Shown here: piece by piece, positions 38,520-51,900 of the stretch
Layout of the letters: the number at the start of each line of letters is the position of its first letter
Numbering within the stretch: the first letter of the stretch is position 1
Assembly (NCBI GenBank): GCA_002633005.1
Contig: NMRA01000093.1
Location: forward strand, 47,762-111,761
Length of the DNA: 64,000 bases
Source: Phoronis australis
Lineage: Eukaryota > Animalia > Phoronida
Direction: 5' to 3'
The notes under the pieces: generated by a model
Databases searched by the model: none
What the model was told of the DNA's origin: nothing
Seen by the model: only the letters and a program-made list of their open reading frames with translations
Made by a program: the position numbers and the translations under genes

Positions 38520-39349
38520 CAGGCCCGTAGGAAGGTAAAAATTATTGGGGGGGCACCGACCCTGGTCGATACGTAACTTCTAATTTCGAAACCACTGCGT
38601 TGCACTGGGGTGTATATATCAACGCTGTAAAATGAACTACTGCAACCACTAGGTACGTTTTGAATTATATGAAAAAATATGTCTACTAATAATAAGGTGT
38701 GTAATAGATGCTGTACTTTTAGAGTTAATTTTTTGTTAAGATTGACTGGAAATTTTTGGAGCAACATACATGCCGCTCATACGATTACTCTTGCTGAACA
38801 GTAAGAATGAAGGTGTGAAATAATTATATATGTTTTTATTTACTCTTCAACATAAATCAGTGGACGTTGCCCTGCTGCACACTAGAACTCGGGCTGCAGC
38901 TAAGTCTAACGTGGTAAAAACCCCGAGTTGTGCCTTTCGCATTTCACTTCCTCGTACAAAATCGTTTGCCACATCCACCAAATTTAGCTTATCGCACATG
39001 TCTTTGTGAACATGGAGCAACATTAAATGGTTCAACCTCCCCTGTCCCATTGTGGAACGTAAATATGACTTAACACGCCTAAGAGCACTAAATGCTCGTT
39101 CGCTACTGGCATTTGTTGCAGGCATCACTAACAGCAAGTTTGCTAGTTTAATTACATTTTCGATCAAGTGTTTTTGACCGGCTGATAATTTCTGCAAATG
39201 ATCCACAACACGAGACAATGTTACCTCTTGACTACCATCCTGTGCATAATTGGCCCCAAACGTAGCCAGGTGACAGCGCAGTGTTGAATCAAAATCATCT
39301 TCATAAAAACTGATAACATCTTGGTATTCATTTTCAAAGTTTTCCCCTT
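38520..39349 (-). mobile_element. hAT transposon 3' end (ZMYM1-like transposase, hATC dimerisation domain)
   Basis: LLLVMPATNASSERAFSALRRVKSYLRSTMGQGRLNHLMLLHVHK, uninterrupted ORF into the gap; TIR CAGGCCCGTAGGAAGG at 38520, exactly where copy 1 departs from copy 2. Confidence 0.9.
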
Positions 39350-39771
39350 NNNNNNNNNNNNNNNNNNNNNNNNNNNNNNNNNNNNNNNNNNNNNNNNNNN
39401 NNNNNNNNNNNNNNNNNNNNNNNNNNNNNNNNNNNNNNNNNNNNNNNNNNNNNNNNNNNNNNNNNNNNNNNNNNNNNNNNNNNNNNNNNNNNNNNNNNNN
39501 NNNNNNNNNNNNNNNNNNNNNNNNNNNNNNNNNNNNNNNNNNNNNNNNNNNNNNNNNNNNNNNNNNNNNNNNNNNNNNNNNNNNNNNNNNNNNNNNNNNN
39601 NNNNNNNNNNNNNNNNNNNNNNNNNNNNNNNNNNNNNNNNNNNNNNNNNNNNNNNNNNNNNNNNNNNNNNNNNNNNNNNNNNNNNNNNNNNNNNNNNNNN
39701 NNNNNNNNNNNNNNNNNNNNNNNNNNNNNNNNNNNNNNNNNNNNNNNNNNNNNNNNNNNNNNNNNNNNNNN
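39350..39771. other. assembly gap (422 N)
   Basis: Run of N. Confidence 1.
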
Positions 39772-40349
39772 TGACCCTGGGGTTGACGTACAGCCGCGAA
39801 TTGCGACTTCATTGTCGCTTTGCGGTGTATAGCCAGGCATGTATTCGGCGTCAAACAAAAGCAGATTACTTGCGTTCTTAGTGCGGTTAATTGGTTCTGT
39901 AGCGTTATTGCACATGTCTCCACTACATTTCGTCAAGGACACTTTTGCTTGGACTGGAGTAGAGTGACTTCCGTCTAATAGAGATCTAAGGTCATGGTTC
40001 AGGCCTTTGTAGCTCTGTAAAAATTAAGAAAATGAGGTGGCTCCGTTTTGACGCCAGTTTTGTGGGCTAAATGGGAAGTTTCTTGATTTTTTTAGTAACC
40101 TGAGTCCAGGAATTTGGCCACTGCTCGTGTCTACCCAGATACGGAAGTGTCAGAACACAATCTTGTTCAGTGTTGAAATTTTGGCGTGAATCCGAGAGTG
40201 CCATGGGTACAAAAGGCAAAATAAGTCAAATGCCTCAAGGGAGATCCTCAACCTAACCTCGTCGACCGTTGGAGAGTGTACAATCTGGACAAAAAGTCTT
40301 TACCTGGATGCGGAAGAATTCAGTATAAAGGGCCCAATTACACTTTTTT

Positions 40350-42900
40350 AATCTCTGAAGAACTGCTTTAACACTTCCTTTCTCAGAGACGGGGAATACG
40401 TCAATAAAATTAAAAAAGTAATTGAGAACACAGTAATGGACTATACGCCCTCGGCCAATTTGAATTCCCCGACATAGATGACTGTCTTCTCCTAGTAGTT
40501 AATACTGTCTAATTTGTATAGCTGTCACAAAACGAAACAACCAAAAAGAGATTGAATCTCTCATCTGTTTCACTACCTTCCAAAACCAAAGTACCCATTC
40601 CGCTGAACTGAACAGTGGATTGTCTGGTCTGTATCATGCGCTCGAATCAATTAGATCTGAAGAAATGAGGAATGAAAGGGGTGATGGCCAGTGAATCTGA
40701 AACTAGCTCATTTGATTCGGAACTATCAGAAGGGGGGTGCTTACTTCATTGAAGCACATGAAAAAAATAAAATTCCGGGTCCGGACGGTTTCACCACGGA
40801 ATTTTTATTTGTTTGGAATGACCTAGTGAAGTATCTCATTAAAGCATACAATCATTCAGAAGAGGCTTTCTTGCAAACTAAAAACCCGAGAGGGGTATTA
40901 CCATCATACCCAAAAGCGAACAAACTGAGAAATAGTATAAAGAATTGAAGGACTATATCCCTCTTGAATATCAGTAACAAATTTTTGTCGTCTTGTATTT
41001 CTCAACGACTTCGTTCTGTAATACAAAAATTAATACACCCCGACCAAAACGGGTTTTTCTCTCTGGGCGTTTTATAAGAGAAAATACAAGGCAGACTTAT
41101 GACTTAATGCAATTTACTGAACAGTTTAATAAGCCGGGTGTGTTTGTGCAGGTGGATTTCGAAAAGGTGTTCCACTCCTTGTGTTGATCTTTGATTGACG
41201 AAGTTCTGAATTTCTTTAATTTTGGCGACTCAATAAAAACGGATCCACGTACAGATGGGCAAAGCAATGTGTTCTACAGAACAGTGTCACATCTAACTTT
41301 TTGACATAGGGCTTGGTTGCAGGCAAAGTGATCCATTATCACCATACTTTTTATTCTATGTGCAGAGACTATGGGTTGGCTGACTGGACAACAGTGTAAG
41401 AGCATCCGGGTCGGTTTGGTGGAATACAAACTAATGCAGCACGCAGATGATACGGTAATATTTTTATATGGCTCGGAGCAGTCTCTACGGAAAACACTTC
41501 ACACTTTAAACCAGTTTGCAAAATATTCTAGTCGAAATCCTAAACTGGAAAAAACAATTTCTATATGGATAGGGTAGCTATCAAAAATGTGTTCTGTCGT
41601 AAAACTGAAATGAACAACGCTAGAATGCACTTTACTGGGTATTCAATTATCCAGTCATTTAAATAAAATTTCCGACATTAATTTTAATAGTAATGCTTGG
41701 TGAAATAATGAAGACCATAGAAGTGAGGAAAAGAAACTTGACACTTTTTGGAAGAATAACAGTTATGAAATCTATAATTATGCCAGAACTTACACATCTT
41801 TTCACAAACCTCCCGTTCCTTTAACAGGCCTTCCTGAAGCAACTGAACAAAATGTTCTACTATTTTGTACGGAAATGAATGTCGGAAGACGGTGGCTCAA
41901 TAGTATAATTTTGTTGGACCCAGAATGATTGACATAATCTGGTTTCGTAGACTACTTTGCCAGAGTACTACAAGCCCATGGTCAGTTTTCGCAAATGATC
42001 TGTTACCGGGAATTTCGAATAGTTAGTTGTTGTTCGGAGATTTCTATTTTAGATTGATGTCTCAAATGATTTCCAATGTGCTTTGGAAAGATGTGTTTCA
42101 ATGAGCACATGAATTCAGATTTTTAGTTCCCGTAAAACATGGTATTGATCATCCTCTATCGTTTAATTTGAAAATATTAATAGAAATCAAGCCTGTTTTC
42201 TATAATCAGTGTTTGCTAAAAGGCATAACTCATGTACACGACTTATTTACGTCTGATGATTGTTTCCTTATTGATGAAGAGTTTATACAGAAATTTCACT
42301 TTACCCCTTAAGTAACTATATTTTTGGTCTACGAAGCTCATTGTACGCTAACTGGAGTCATCTCAGAGAGGGAAATCATCAAGTAACTTTACCGCTTTGC
42401 CCTCGATACGTCGAAGTTATTTTGAAAGATGTCGTCAAAGGGGTGAATAAAATTTACCAAGTTATTGTCTATGAGAATTACGAAAACACAAAGTGTCAAA
42501 TAAAGTGGAGTGAAAAACTAAATCTCCCAAATGCCACAGAATGGTGGTAAAACGTTTTATTCGTACATGTGTGCATTCACTGAAAACGTTTCTTTAAGAT
42601 GGTTAAAATTTAGGCTGGTTCACAGAATTACAGTCTGTAATAAATTTTTACACAGGATTGGCCTAATTGATTGCTCATTGTGGACATTTTGTTTAGATGG
42701 AAATGAATCTATTGTCCATCTGTACTGGTTTTGTAATGTAGCTCAACAGTTTTGGACTTAATGAGTAGATCTTTTTGTACATATTTTAGAAGAAATGTCC
42801 ATACCATCAGTTCTTTTGTGTGGAAACAATTTTACAAAGTATTGTTCTTTGTCTTCGCAAGTACCATATATTTTTAAGCAACAATCCCAGCCTTGCCTGG
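40350..42900 (+). mobile_element. decayed L1/Tx1-clade LINE ORF2
   Basis: KIPGPDGFTTEF, IHPDQNGF, VDFEKVF, GCRQSDPLSPYFFILCAE, QHADDT, LTLFGRITVMKS and C-terminal C-x-x-C..ESIVHLYWFC motifs, with many frameshifts. The 5' part is also present at ~37940-38519. Confidence 0.88.
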
Positions 42901-43289
42901 TTTTAAGAAGAGCTTGCATTGTACATTTCCACTGATCTGTACCGTACCTATTTTATTACATAAAAAGTTGAGGAAAAAAGTTGCATAAAACAAAAACAAG
43001 GAAACGATAATCTATAAAACTCTAACAGAGTTTTTGGGATTTCATCTTGAACCTTTAAGTCGTCAAACAAAATTTGTTCATGTCATTCATAACGTTGTTT
43101 TGCTTCTTTTTGGCAATTTCTACCAAAACACATGTGAATGAAGTACTGGTATAAAGTCAGTTGCTTGAAGTCCCTTGAGGTCAAAGGTCACATTTTCCAT
43201 ATAAGGGAAATGGTACCACATCTATGTCTTTCCTATGGAGACGTGCTTTTGAAACTAAAAGAAAATACAATAGAAGATAATCACGTACT

Positions 43290-43670
43290 TAGAGACGGTT
43301 CAGGTCAGACGCAGACGTTTCGGCCTGATCCTCTAGGCCTTTTTTGATGAGTGAGGAGTTTCCCGCCTTTCGCTGATCAAGCATGTTCGAATATGCGGGA
43401 AGTAAGTGTAGACCTCGGTCCCAGTTCAAGAGAGGACGCTGAGTGTTGACTGGATTCTTTAATTTGCGAGCATACCAATTCTGTTCTTTGGCAAAGATCT
43501 TAGATGATTCAAGGGAGGTGGAATATCCAGTTGCCAATATGTGTTCCCCCCAGCTGTGGGTCTGTCTAATTTCTGGTGTTCTTTGTGGTTAGGAACGGTC
43601 TCTTACCAGATGAAATGTTACCAGGATCCCAAACACACCTTCATTGGAGAAACCGAGGGACCGTATGTAA
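43290..43670 (-). mobile_element. Penelope-like element 3' fragment (GIY-YIG C-terminus) with degenerate hammerhead
   Basis: Minus: KIFAKEQNWYARKLK..PLLNWDRGLHLLPAY followed by GGCC-TAGAGGATCA-GGCC-GAAA-CG-TC. Plus strand at ~43595-43660: VSYQMKC...FIGETEG (GIY-YIG N-half, inverted). Confidence 0.65.
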
Positions 43671-45478
43671 GTAATTGTCTTCTGGTGCAATGCCTCTATA
43701 GACCAATGACCAACTTATTCTCTAAAAGAAAATACTTTGATATCAACAGAAATTAAAAATCTTTATGATCAAACCCTAAAAATACCTGGTGAGCAGGTTC
43801 AATTCAATTTCAGTGGTAAAGAAGCACTTTCAATATTAGAAATTTAATTAGCTGTTCATCGCGTTCCAGGCCCCTTTAAAGTCCTACATTTAATACAAAT
43901 TTCGAGTTAGATTTTGAGAAAGAGATTAAATCCCATGCACTGAAGTTAAACTGGCAACAAATGCCACTTGTTTATGTCATTTCGATGTCATAAGTCGGAA
44001 CCCCAATAACTGTCAATGAAAACTATTGCCTAAAAGAAATTTCATGACACAGTTCGTGCGTCCTAGGCTGAAATGATTAGGCACGGGCCAGGTTAATCCC
44101 ATAAGGCAGCCCTACCAAGAAAAGAAAGGTTGATGCAGAAGGACTTTCTTTTCTTATTTTTGTCAGATTATATGAGAGCACCATGTCATCATTAGCGTGC
44201 ACTAGTGGATGTCATTATACTGTACTTCTGATGAGGCCCAGATGTCCGCCGTAGTGTTATCTCGACTGATAGATGTCGCTACATGTACAGTAGTTGTCCT
44301 TTGCCAGACGTGTCTTCATCTGCACAGTTACAGTAATGCTCAAATAAGTCGCACATGCATAAGTGGGATTTTAGTTCAACTTGAAGAAAGTTCTGCGATA
44401 CAGGCCGTTCTAGTTCGCCTGTGCACTAAAATCTCGCACTACTCAGAAGAAATCGCTCGTTCTAGTTCGACCTATTTATGGGAGCTGTACTGTTTTTTTG
44501 TGAAAATTTTAGTTATAGTTAATGCGCCTTCTCTTAATACTATATTGAAGCCAGTTACATCTACGTTATAAAGTGGTGGTTTTACAGGGAGTGTTACTGA
44601 TCCCTGATGTTTCTAGTTAGAATCTCGGTACTCTTAGATTTGGTGCTGTTCGGTTGAAGGTCCCTCTAAGCGTTATTAGTTATCATGACAATATTTTGTA
44701 CTAAATTTGCTAGTTATGTCTCTACTTTCACAGATTGTGCTCTGTGCTGCCTATCTACAGCCGACCAGTTGTTGACTGCGTTTGTGATGTTGGGTTTTAA
44801 CGGCATGATATTAATAGAACGCGTTAATTACCATAGTTGTGCAGGACTGCATGTGTTTTGCGACGGTGTGTAACGGTCATGATCAAGGCCGGGGTGAACA
44901 AAAGTGGGTAAATCTTCTGAGTGAACGTGAGACAAAGATGCAAACAAATCCAGCGCAGTGGCGGAGTAACAGTCCCGTCATCAAATAGTAACTAACAATA
45001 ATGATCATGATAATGATAATCATTACTACTATTATTGTCATGTTTTGATGGCATTGAAATCATGACCCATTGTGCATTCATTTACATGTAGGTCCATGGC
45101 CGGGTTAGACCCGTCCCTTACTTGAAAACGAGAGGGTGTAGTTGCTGCAGTGTAAGCGTACATTACAAAACCACAAGTGCAGCTGAATGACGCAAGGTAA
45201 AGCGCGTCAAATGGGTCACTAATAATGTCACCACAAACATGTTTTAAGAAGGCACACATGCCCTGACAAAACCTGATGCCTTTACAGGAAGCCAAGCATC
45301 AGATCATATAACAATCGGTAGTAAGGTCGTCACTTCAACTCTGAGAAAAAGGAGAAGCAGTACACTACAACAGCCCAGGAAAAGAGCTGATCATTTGCTG
45401 TGAGTAATGGCGTACATTCGTGTTCAAGTAATGATGATGATGGTGATGATGACAATGATAATGATTCGGACAATATAC

Positions 45479-45669
45479 ACATTATTCACGCAGTCGCCTC
45501 GCCATTTTAAAAGTGAACCTCATTTTAGGTTTTTAAAAACAATGCATTCTGCGCTTAATCATAGCGCAAAGCGTGATTTTTTCGCATGCCTCGTTATTTT
45601 ATGTCTCAAATGCATTATTTTTAACCTAAAAAGAGGCTCACTACTAAATGGCGACTGCGTGAATAATGT
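45479..45669. mobile_element. palindromic MITE (~190 bp)
   Basis: TIRs ACATTATTCACGCAGTCGCC / GGCGACTGCGTGAATAATGT, with complementarity extending inward. Confidence 0.8.
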
Positions 45670-47001
45670 CCATTGCTCTCCATCGGTCTGTATTATCGCC
45701 CTCGAGATCGATCTATATATATCACAAGGTTTACAGAACACGTCACGGACCATATTGTACGCTGTTCAAAGGAGTCTTGTTCTGTATTATTGTTTTAAAC
45801 CTAAATGTACAGTGATGCAATTAAGTTCGTTGAAAAAACACAACTTTTGCGGTAGCAATCTTTTCAATCAACGAGTGTACACAATGATGAGCACTAGGCA
45901 CGCAGATTGCTGTTGTTTCGTTGTCGTCCATTTTTCATCTGTTAGGTAACTGAATTGGTGGATGTAATCAACACTTTAAATATTTATGCAAATATCTGAT
46001 AGTACAAGATACAGAAATATGTCGATTGCCGGTTACAGAAAGGTGTGATGTCACTGACTGCCTGTGAACAAACAGCTGCGTACGGTTTCGAGGCCGGGGT
46101 CAAAGCCATCTAAGTCTTGTCGATTCATTTAATCGATACCATAGACGCTTAAGTTCAGCGGCATTCTCAGAAACACATTAAAATATAATGTCAACGCTGT
46201 GACTTCACATTTTATGAGCTTGGGATGAAGAAATAACGTAGTGTCACTTCTGCCTGAGCCCAGAGGTCAATTCTAAACTGAGTTAGGAGCAAGCTAAAAA
46301 ACACATTTGTAACGGTAAGTGACCTAAATCAAAACTTGAATTTCTGACAGACATCACGGGTTTAATAACAACTACATTTTCTACTACATGTGTTAGCTGC
46401 AAGGTCAAGGACAGGGGTAAACACCGTTAATTAATTAAATCTTTATTTAACAAAACAATTACAAAGTGAAATACAGTTTACCTGTAAAGCGAGTCATTCT
46501 ATCCAGGTAATAATATTACAAGAAATATATATGAAATAATAAATATGAAATAATAAAAGATAATATACAAGAGAATTACATTTACTTAACGAATCCCGTG
46601 TCCGCATGTGTCCTAGCAGTAGTACATCCTTGTATATTGCCTTATCTCAATTATGTTGCATCGTTGATCAAAAAAGGGAAGTATCCAGTATACAACATCA
46701 TTAGAGTGGGGCATATATCAGTTCAGCACGGTCTTATTTAAAACCTGTCGCGATAAATAAGGTAAAATCACATCTGGTCATTTCGATGTTCTGTGGTTGG
46801 CATCTTCTTCAATGATGTTTTCCCGCCATTTGGCATGGAGTTGCGCTATACACGTAGATAAGACGGAGATCACAGTCATCCCTATTAGTAGCGTTAGCCA
46901 TCTAAATGATCCAGACAGACTCCTACTCTTTTGTCCTGTAACCCACTGCTTACCTGTTAACCAGGGCTACGTTTGACTAATAAACTACTTCTTATTGGCA
47001 T

Positions 47002-47300
47002 CAGGGGCGGATCCAGGATTTTGATTTAGGGGTGGCCAGGGCACAGGAATAATCAGAATTTCGACAGATGCACGCGCCCAGCCTAAAATGTAGGGATGCA
47101 GGGGTCTCTAATATTTGAGTTTGCGGACCTTCTGACAAAAAAGGTAAACGGTATTGTTGCTCAGGGCCTATGCATTGTTTATTCACCCCCAGAGCCCCCT
47201 GCTTGCACGCATGTGCAAGTCTGCGATTCGCACCCGAACTGCCAAATGGTATCTGGTAGAATTTTAGGGGGGGATGGCCACTCCCCTAAATCCGCCGCTG
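47002..47300. mobile_element. hAT-like MITE with 5-bp TSD
   Basis: TIRs CAGGGGCGGATCCAGG / CCTAAATCCGCCGCTG; GGCAT directly repeated at 46997-47001 and 47301-47305. Confidence 0.75.
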
Positions 47301-48414
47301 GGCATGATCCCTGACAGATGACTTATTTAATTCTGACACAGAGGCCTTCCTTTCAGCTCTTGTAAGATGTATGTTGTTAGATGTCTTAACATATTTTTAA
47401 TGTTCTTGCAGACGATAGCCAAACTTTATTCATCCACATAAGCAGCGCTACACGACACGAACTACATGGAATTTTGGATATAATACCACTAGGGTCCACG
47501 ACATCATGTTTTTCTTTTAGATGTATTATGAAATTTTTATGGTGTTGACTGCTTTCATGACAGTAGAGGTATTGTCATTTTGAGGGCCTTGTTAAAAGTA
47601 TATGGTATCACCAGAAGTCCTTTGATCTCGCCACATTTTTGCCACTTGAACAAGTTAGCTTAAGTAATTTGGAGAATACACCCTCAATATTGTGTTCTTG
47701 TGGTTTACGTTACTGTAGTATATGGTGTGCATTTGGTGTCTGAACCATCAGACCTAACACATTTCCGACTTAACTTCCGTCTTACCGGAGTTTTCCACCG
47801 GCAAACACATGACCGAAGACAATTTTGCGGGTGTGTTCTTGAAAATCAGACCTGCATCTAATGTGAGAGTGGAAGGATCATGTTATTGTTGACGAATTAA
47901 TTTATGAATGAAACTACAGGCTAACGCAGCTAAACAGCTAAAACACGTTATGCTGCATGGATTCAATGATTGGTGGGCGGTTTTCCCCTGGGCCTATAGT
48001 GGTCTATTTGTTCGCCCCAACCGAATAACGATTGCTTATTATGGAAACTTTGTAAGGAGCTTTCAAAGTCACTCTAGACTTTTGAGGGTTGATGAAAATA
48101 TTGCGAACGTTATTTCGCCAGGAAATTTTGTCGAGAGTGTAGCTACTGGAAATAGGCTTAACATACATGTAGATACGGTAATATCCTTTTGAGCAAAATG
48201 TTACACATTAACTACTGGACAAATGAGTTTTAAGAGAGCATTTCAACTAAGGGATGACAAAGGCTATATTTCAACTGAGAAAAAATACAGTTTTGAGAAT
48301 AAGTGTATCGCAGTGAAAAAGATTTACAACTTGTTGTATGACAGTGCGAAGTCGACAAGTGTTATGAGACTTTTTCTGTTGTAGGTGCGAAGAGGTCAGC
48401 TTCGTGCGTGAGTC

Positions 48415-49447
48415 ATGGTGAAGACCAATTGCATCGAAAAGCCCCTGGGAATTTTATTTTGTGAATATGGCAAGTTCATTGCACGACACTCGTTATGGTT
48501 TATCACTGTACCAGTGATTATCAGCGGGGCACTCGCAGGAGGGTTTGTCTTCTTAAAGTCAGAAACCAATGTAGAATACTTATTTACACCCACAAATGGA
48601 CCAGCAAAAGCTGCAAGAAACACTGTCATTACTACATTTTCTGTCAATGAATCAGGGCAATTTGACCAGCTAAGATTAACGGACCTAGGCACGTATACTT
48701 CTATTATCATCACAAGTTTGGATGGAGAGTCAATTCTGAGAGAAAGAATTTTAAAACGACTCATTGAGCTTGATGCATTTGTCCGAAACATAAGCGTTTT
48801 GATTGATGGACAGCAACACTTTTTTCGAAACATATGTGCTAAATGGAAAGATCAATGCGCTGATCAAAATGTTCTAGTTTCGCTACTAGACGGAAATGCA
48901 TCTACCATCAGTGACATACATCTGACATATCCAGAGTATGTGATGCATATTCCCGGTATCCCTTCTCCTCCAATTCCCGGATATCCGATGCAGACCAACC
49001 GAACCATTTTTCTCTCCGGTGTGTTTGGCGGTGTGGAAACTGATGGAAACCAACGCATAGTCTTTGTAAAAGCCTACAAGCTGTTTTATTACACCGAGAC
49101 AAAGAACGACACCAAGGCAACCAAATGGGTAAAGGCATTCTTGAAATTTTTTAAGGACAAAAACTTTGAAGACATACAGATAGTATATTACAGCTCCGTT
49201 TCTTTAGAGGAAGAGCTAAACGAAGCTACAGGACAGACAGTTTCTCTGATCTCTGTTGTCTTTACCATCATGATAACATTTTCCATCATGTCCTGTCTGA
49301 TGCTTGATTGGGTCTTAAGCAAACCCTGGCTGGGATTTCTGGGCGTCGTTTCCGTTGCTTTGTCTATTCTTTCAACATTTGGATTGCTGATGTACTGTGG
49401 AGTGCCATTTATATCAATTGTAGGCATCACGCCCTTCCTGTCTCTTG
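48415..49447 (+). CDS. PTCHD3: patched domain-containing protein 3-like, coding exon 1
   Basis: MVKTNCIEKPL..YGKFIARH..EYLFTPTNGPAK..SKPWLGFLGV..PFLSL; upstream acceptor TGTAG at ~48384; GTGAGT donor at 49448, phase 1. Symbol is family-level; orthology not established. Confidence 0.9.
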
Positions 49448-50869
49448 GTGAGTATAGACCTTTCACATTCCAAATCCTCATGCCCAGAAGAACAAAAAGT
49501 GTGTGTGAGTGCACGAGACCTAGCGTGATTGCAATCAAGTGAGAATTGTTTACTTTGGTACTGCGTAGTCGGGTGCGAGGTCTGCTTGTATGTAAAACAT
49601 GCCTGTAAAATTCCTCGGTCTTAGGTGCGTATGCACGATTTTTGCTGTGCGTGTGTTGTTTGCGCTTACTGTCTAAGCTACATCGTAGGGTTTGTGACTA
49701 TATGTACCAGAAGATTTCATCGACTGAAAGTATAATTATGCGACAGCAAAATTCACCACATATGAAACAAAACATGTGTGCCTGAATTGAACGTTCTTGA
49801 CCTAAGCTTTAGTAGACGATGGTTTTTCAAATTTGGTTGAATGCATCGAAAGATGAATTGGACCTGCACTATATCGTGAAGTTGAAATGCTATCGTTGGA
49901 CGGTGGGTGAAAAATGTCGTTCGTAAATTCTTCTAAGTCACTTCTAACACAATGTGTTTTTCGGGCGTGAATTACTAGCCTGCATGGGCTTACATGTAAC
50001 TACTGTCTAGCGTATCACGACGATAACCGTGTGGGTGAATTGAAACTTTGCCTGTGCGTGCGTCAGATAAACTAACTGGGACTCTCCGGATCAACGATAC
50101 ATCAGTGATTTGTAAAAGAGGTTCGATTAACCCTCAAACAACGGGAAAACAGCAACTAAAGTCTCTCTTTAAAACAACTTCTAAGTATTTAAGCAGACCT
50201 AGCGTTTGATAGCCAATAAAAACATATAATATCTCCGTTGGCCATAGATTATGAAAATAAGGGCATTTTTGCAAATCTGCCAAAGCATGAAGGAAACCTG
50301 TTTTAAAGATACTCTTTCCATTGGTTTTACCTCATCATGAGAACACAGAATGAGTTGTCAGTCGAGAGATATGCCACTAAAATGTAGACATTTCGTAAAT
50401 TACATCCCTGCCTGCCTTCGTTTTTTTGATGTTATTTTTTGCATTGGTAAGAAGTGGGCGGGCTTTCAACAAATATATGCACCTCATTATTTATGCTTGT
50501 AGCAATGAACGGAAAGGCTGTCCCTAAATTCCATGTAAAGTAATGGTACTCACTGATCAGTCTGGTGGTCTTTATAGCCGGGAACATGGTCTTTCTCAAG
50601 TCTCCCATTTCTCGTTTTCCGTTGTAGAATTATTCAACTAGTGGGTGGGAGGTTATGTCCAAACAGCGAGCCAGCTATATGCCTGGAAATGGGAGCTGTA
50701 AACTAGGAATCGCTCTCAAACCCCAAGTTCGTTGAATCCACTAAAATTCCGATTCAACTCTACGCAAATCTGAAGAACGCTGGGCCTGGACGTTGTAACT
50801 CATGCGTTTCCCCGACACTGACCTTGTACCCCATTATGGGCGATTAAAAGAAACAATCAAGTAATCATT

Positions 50870-51900
50870 GACTTGGACGACTAGATACCGATTTTTCAAC
50901 AAACTACAAAAAACGATTCTGATTTAGAAGGGTTTTTTAAGAACTTTCCGAACTGTACAAAATTGTCAAACCCTGACAAAAATAAAATTTACGGTCTACT
51001 AACTTATAAAGAATTGACTGCCTGTTTAAAAAATGAAGATTAATAAAAGTCCAAGCTCTGACGGATTTACAGTGGAATTTTGAAAATTTTTCTGGATTGA
51101 TTTTGGCTTCTTTGTATTACGCTCTCTTAATTCAAGCTTCCAGGTAGGACAACTGTCATCAACACAAAAAGAGGGAACAATCACTTGTATTCCAGAAGAT
51201 GCAGATAAAGATAAACAATTTTTGGAAAAATTGGCGCCCCATACCTCTATTAAATGTTTCTTATAAACTACAGGTACCTGTAGTAAAGATTCTCAGCACT
51301 AATGGCCTGGCTCATGAGAAAAGTTCGAACTTTTTGGTTGACAACAACAAAACTAGTTTCCTCCCGGGAGAAATGTACATGTTTATTTTTACATTGATAT
51401 GATTTTTTTCATTATTCTGACAAAATAAATATTCCAGATATACTATTACTAATAGACTTTGAGAAGGTCTTCGACTCATTGGAGTGGAAATTCGTTGAAA
51501 AAACTCTTATTTTTAATTTTGGGGAAAACCTGAGATGGTAGTTAGGAGTTTTTCAAAGGTATTAAATTATGTTTGTTGATGAAAAGTTTTCATCTTGGTT
51601 TGAAGTTTCTCACGAATGCAAACAGGGAGATCCATTGTCACCATATTTATTCCATTTTATGTGCTGAGATTTTGGTTCTCAGGATTAGACACCACAAGGA
51701 AATTAAAGGAGTTAGAAAAAATAATAAGGAATTTGTAATATCCCAGTATACATAAGACACTTCACTCATCTTAGACGGCTCTGCTACTTCGTTACTCTGC
51801 CTTCTTTAAGTTCTATGCCAAGTCCTCCAGTCTCCATATTGATGGCGAAAAATCTAACGCTTTTTGGTTTGGCATTAAAACAAACTCTGAGGACATAATT
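50870..51900 (+). mobile_element. decayed L1/Tx1-clade RT fragment in PTCHD3 intron 1
   Basis: NKSPSSDGFTVEF, KNWRPIPLLNVSYK, IDFEKVFD, QGDPLSPY, LCAEIL and ISQY remnants, with frameshifts. Confidence 0.85.

Larger units (their letters stand above)
37358..40951 (+). repeat. near-identical direct duplication 37358-38519 / 39772-40951 across the N gap
   Basis: Both copies start TGACCCTGGGGTTGACG and run to AAGAATTGAAGG with scattered substitutions and small indels; likely uncollapsed haplotypes. Confidence 0.9.

Noticed and set aside
38847-39942. Long ORFs (358, 202, 186 aa) spanning the gap
   Set aside because: Artefacts of translating through Ns; they join unrelated hAT and duplicated sequence.
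44209-45949. ORFs of 120, 85 and 180 aa
   Set aside because: No domain motifs; the 180-aa ORF runs through an (ATG)n microsatellite and a palindromic MITE.
49448-49542. C-terminal tail of the 375-aa ORF
   Set aside because: Read-through into the intron past a GTGAGT donor; the protein continues in phase at 56858.
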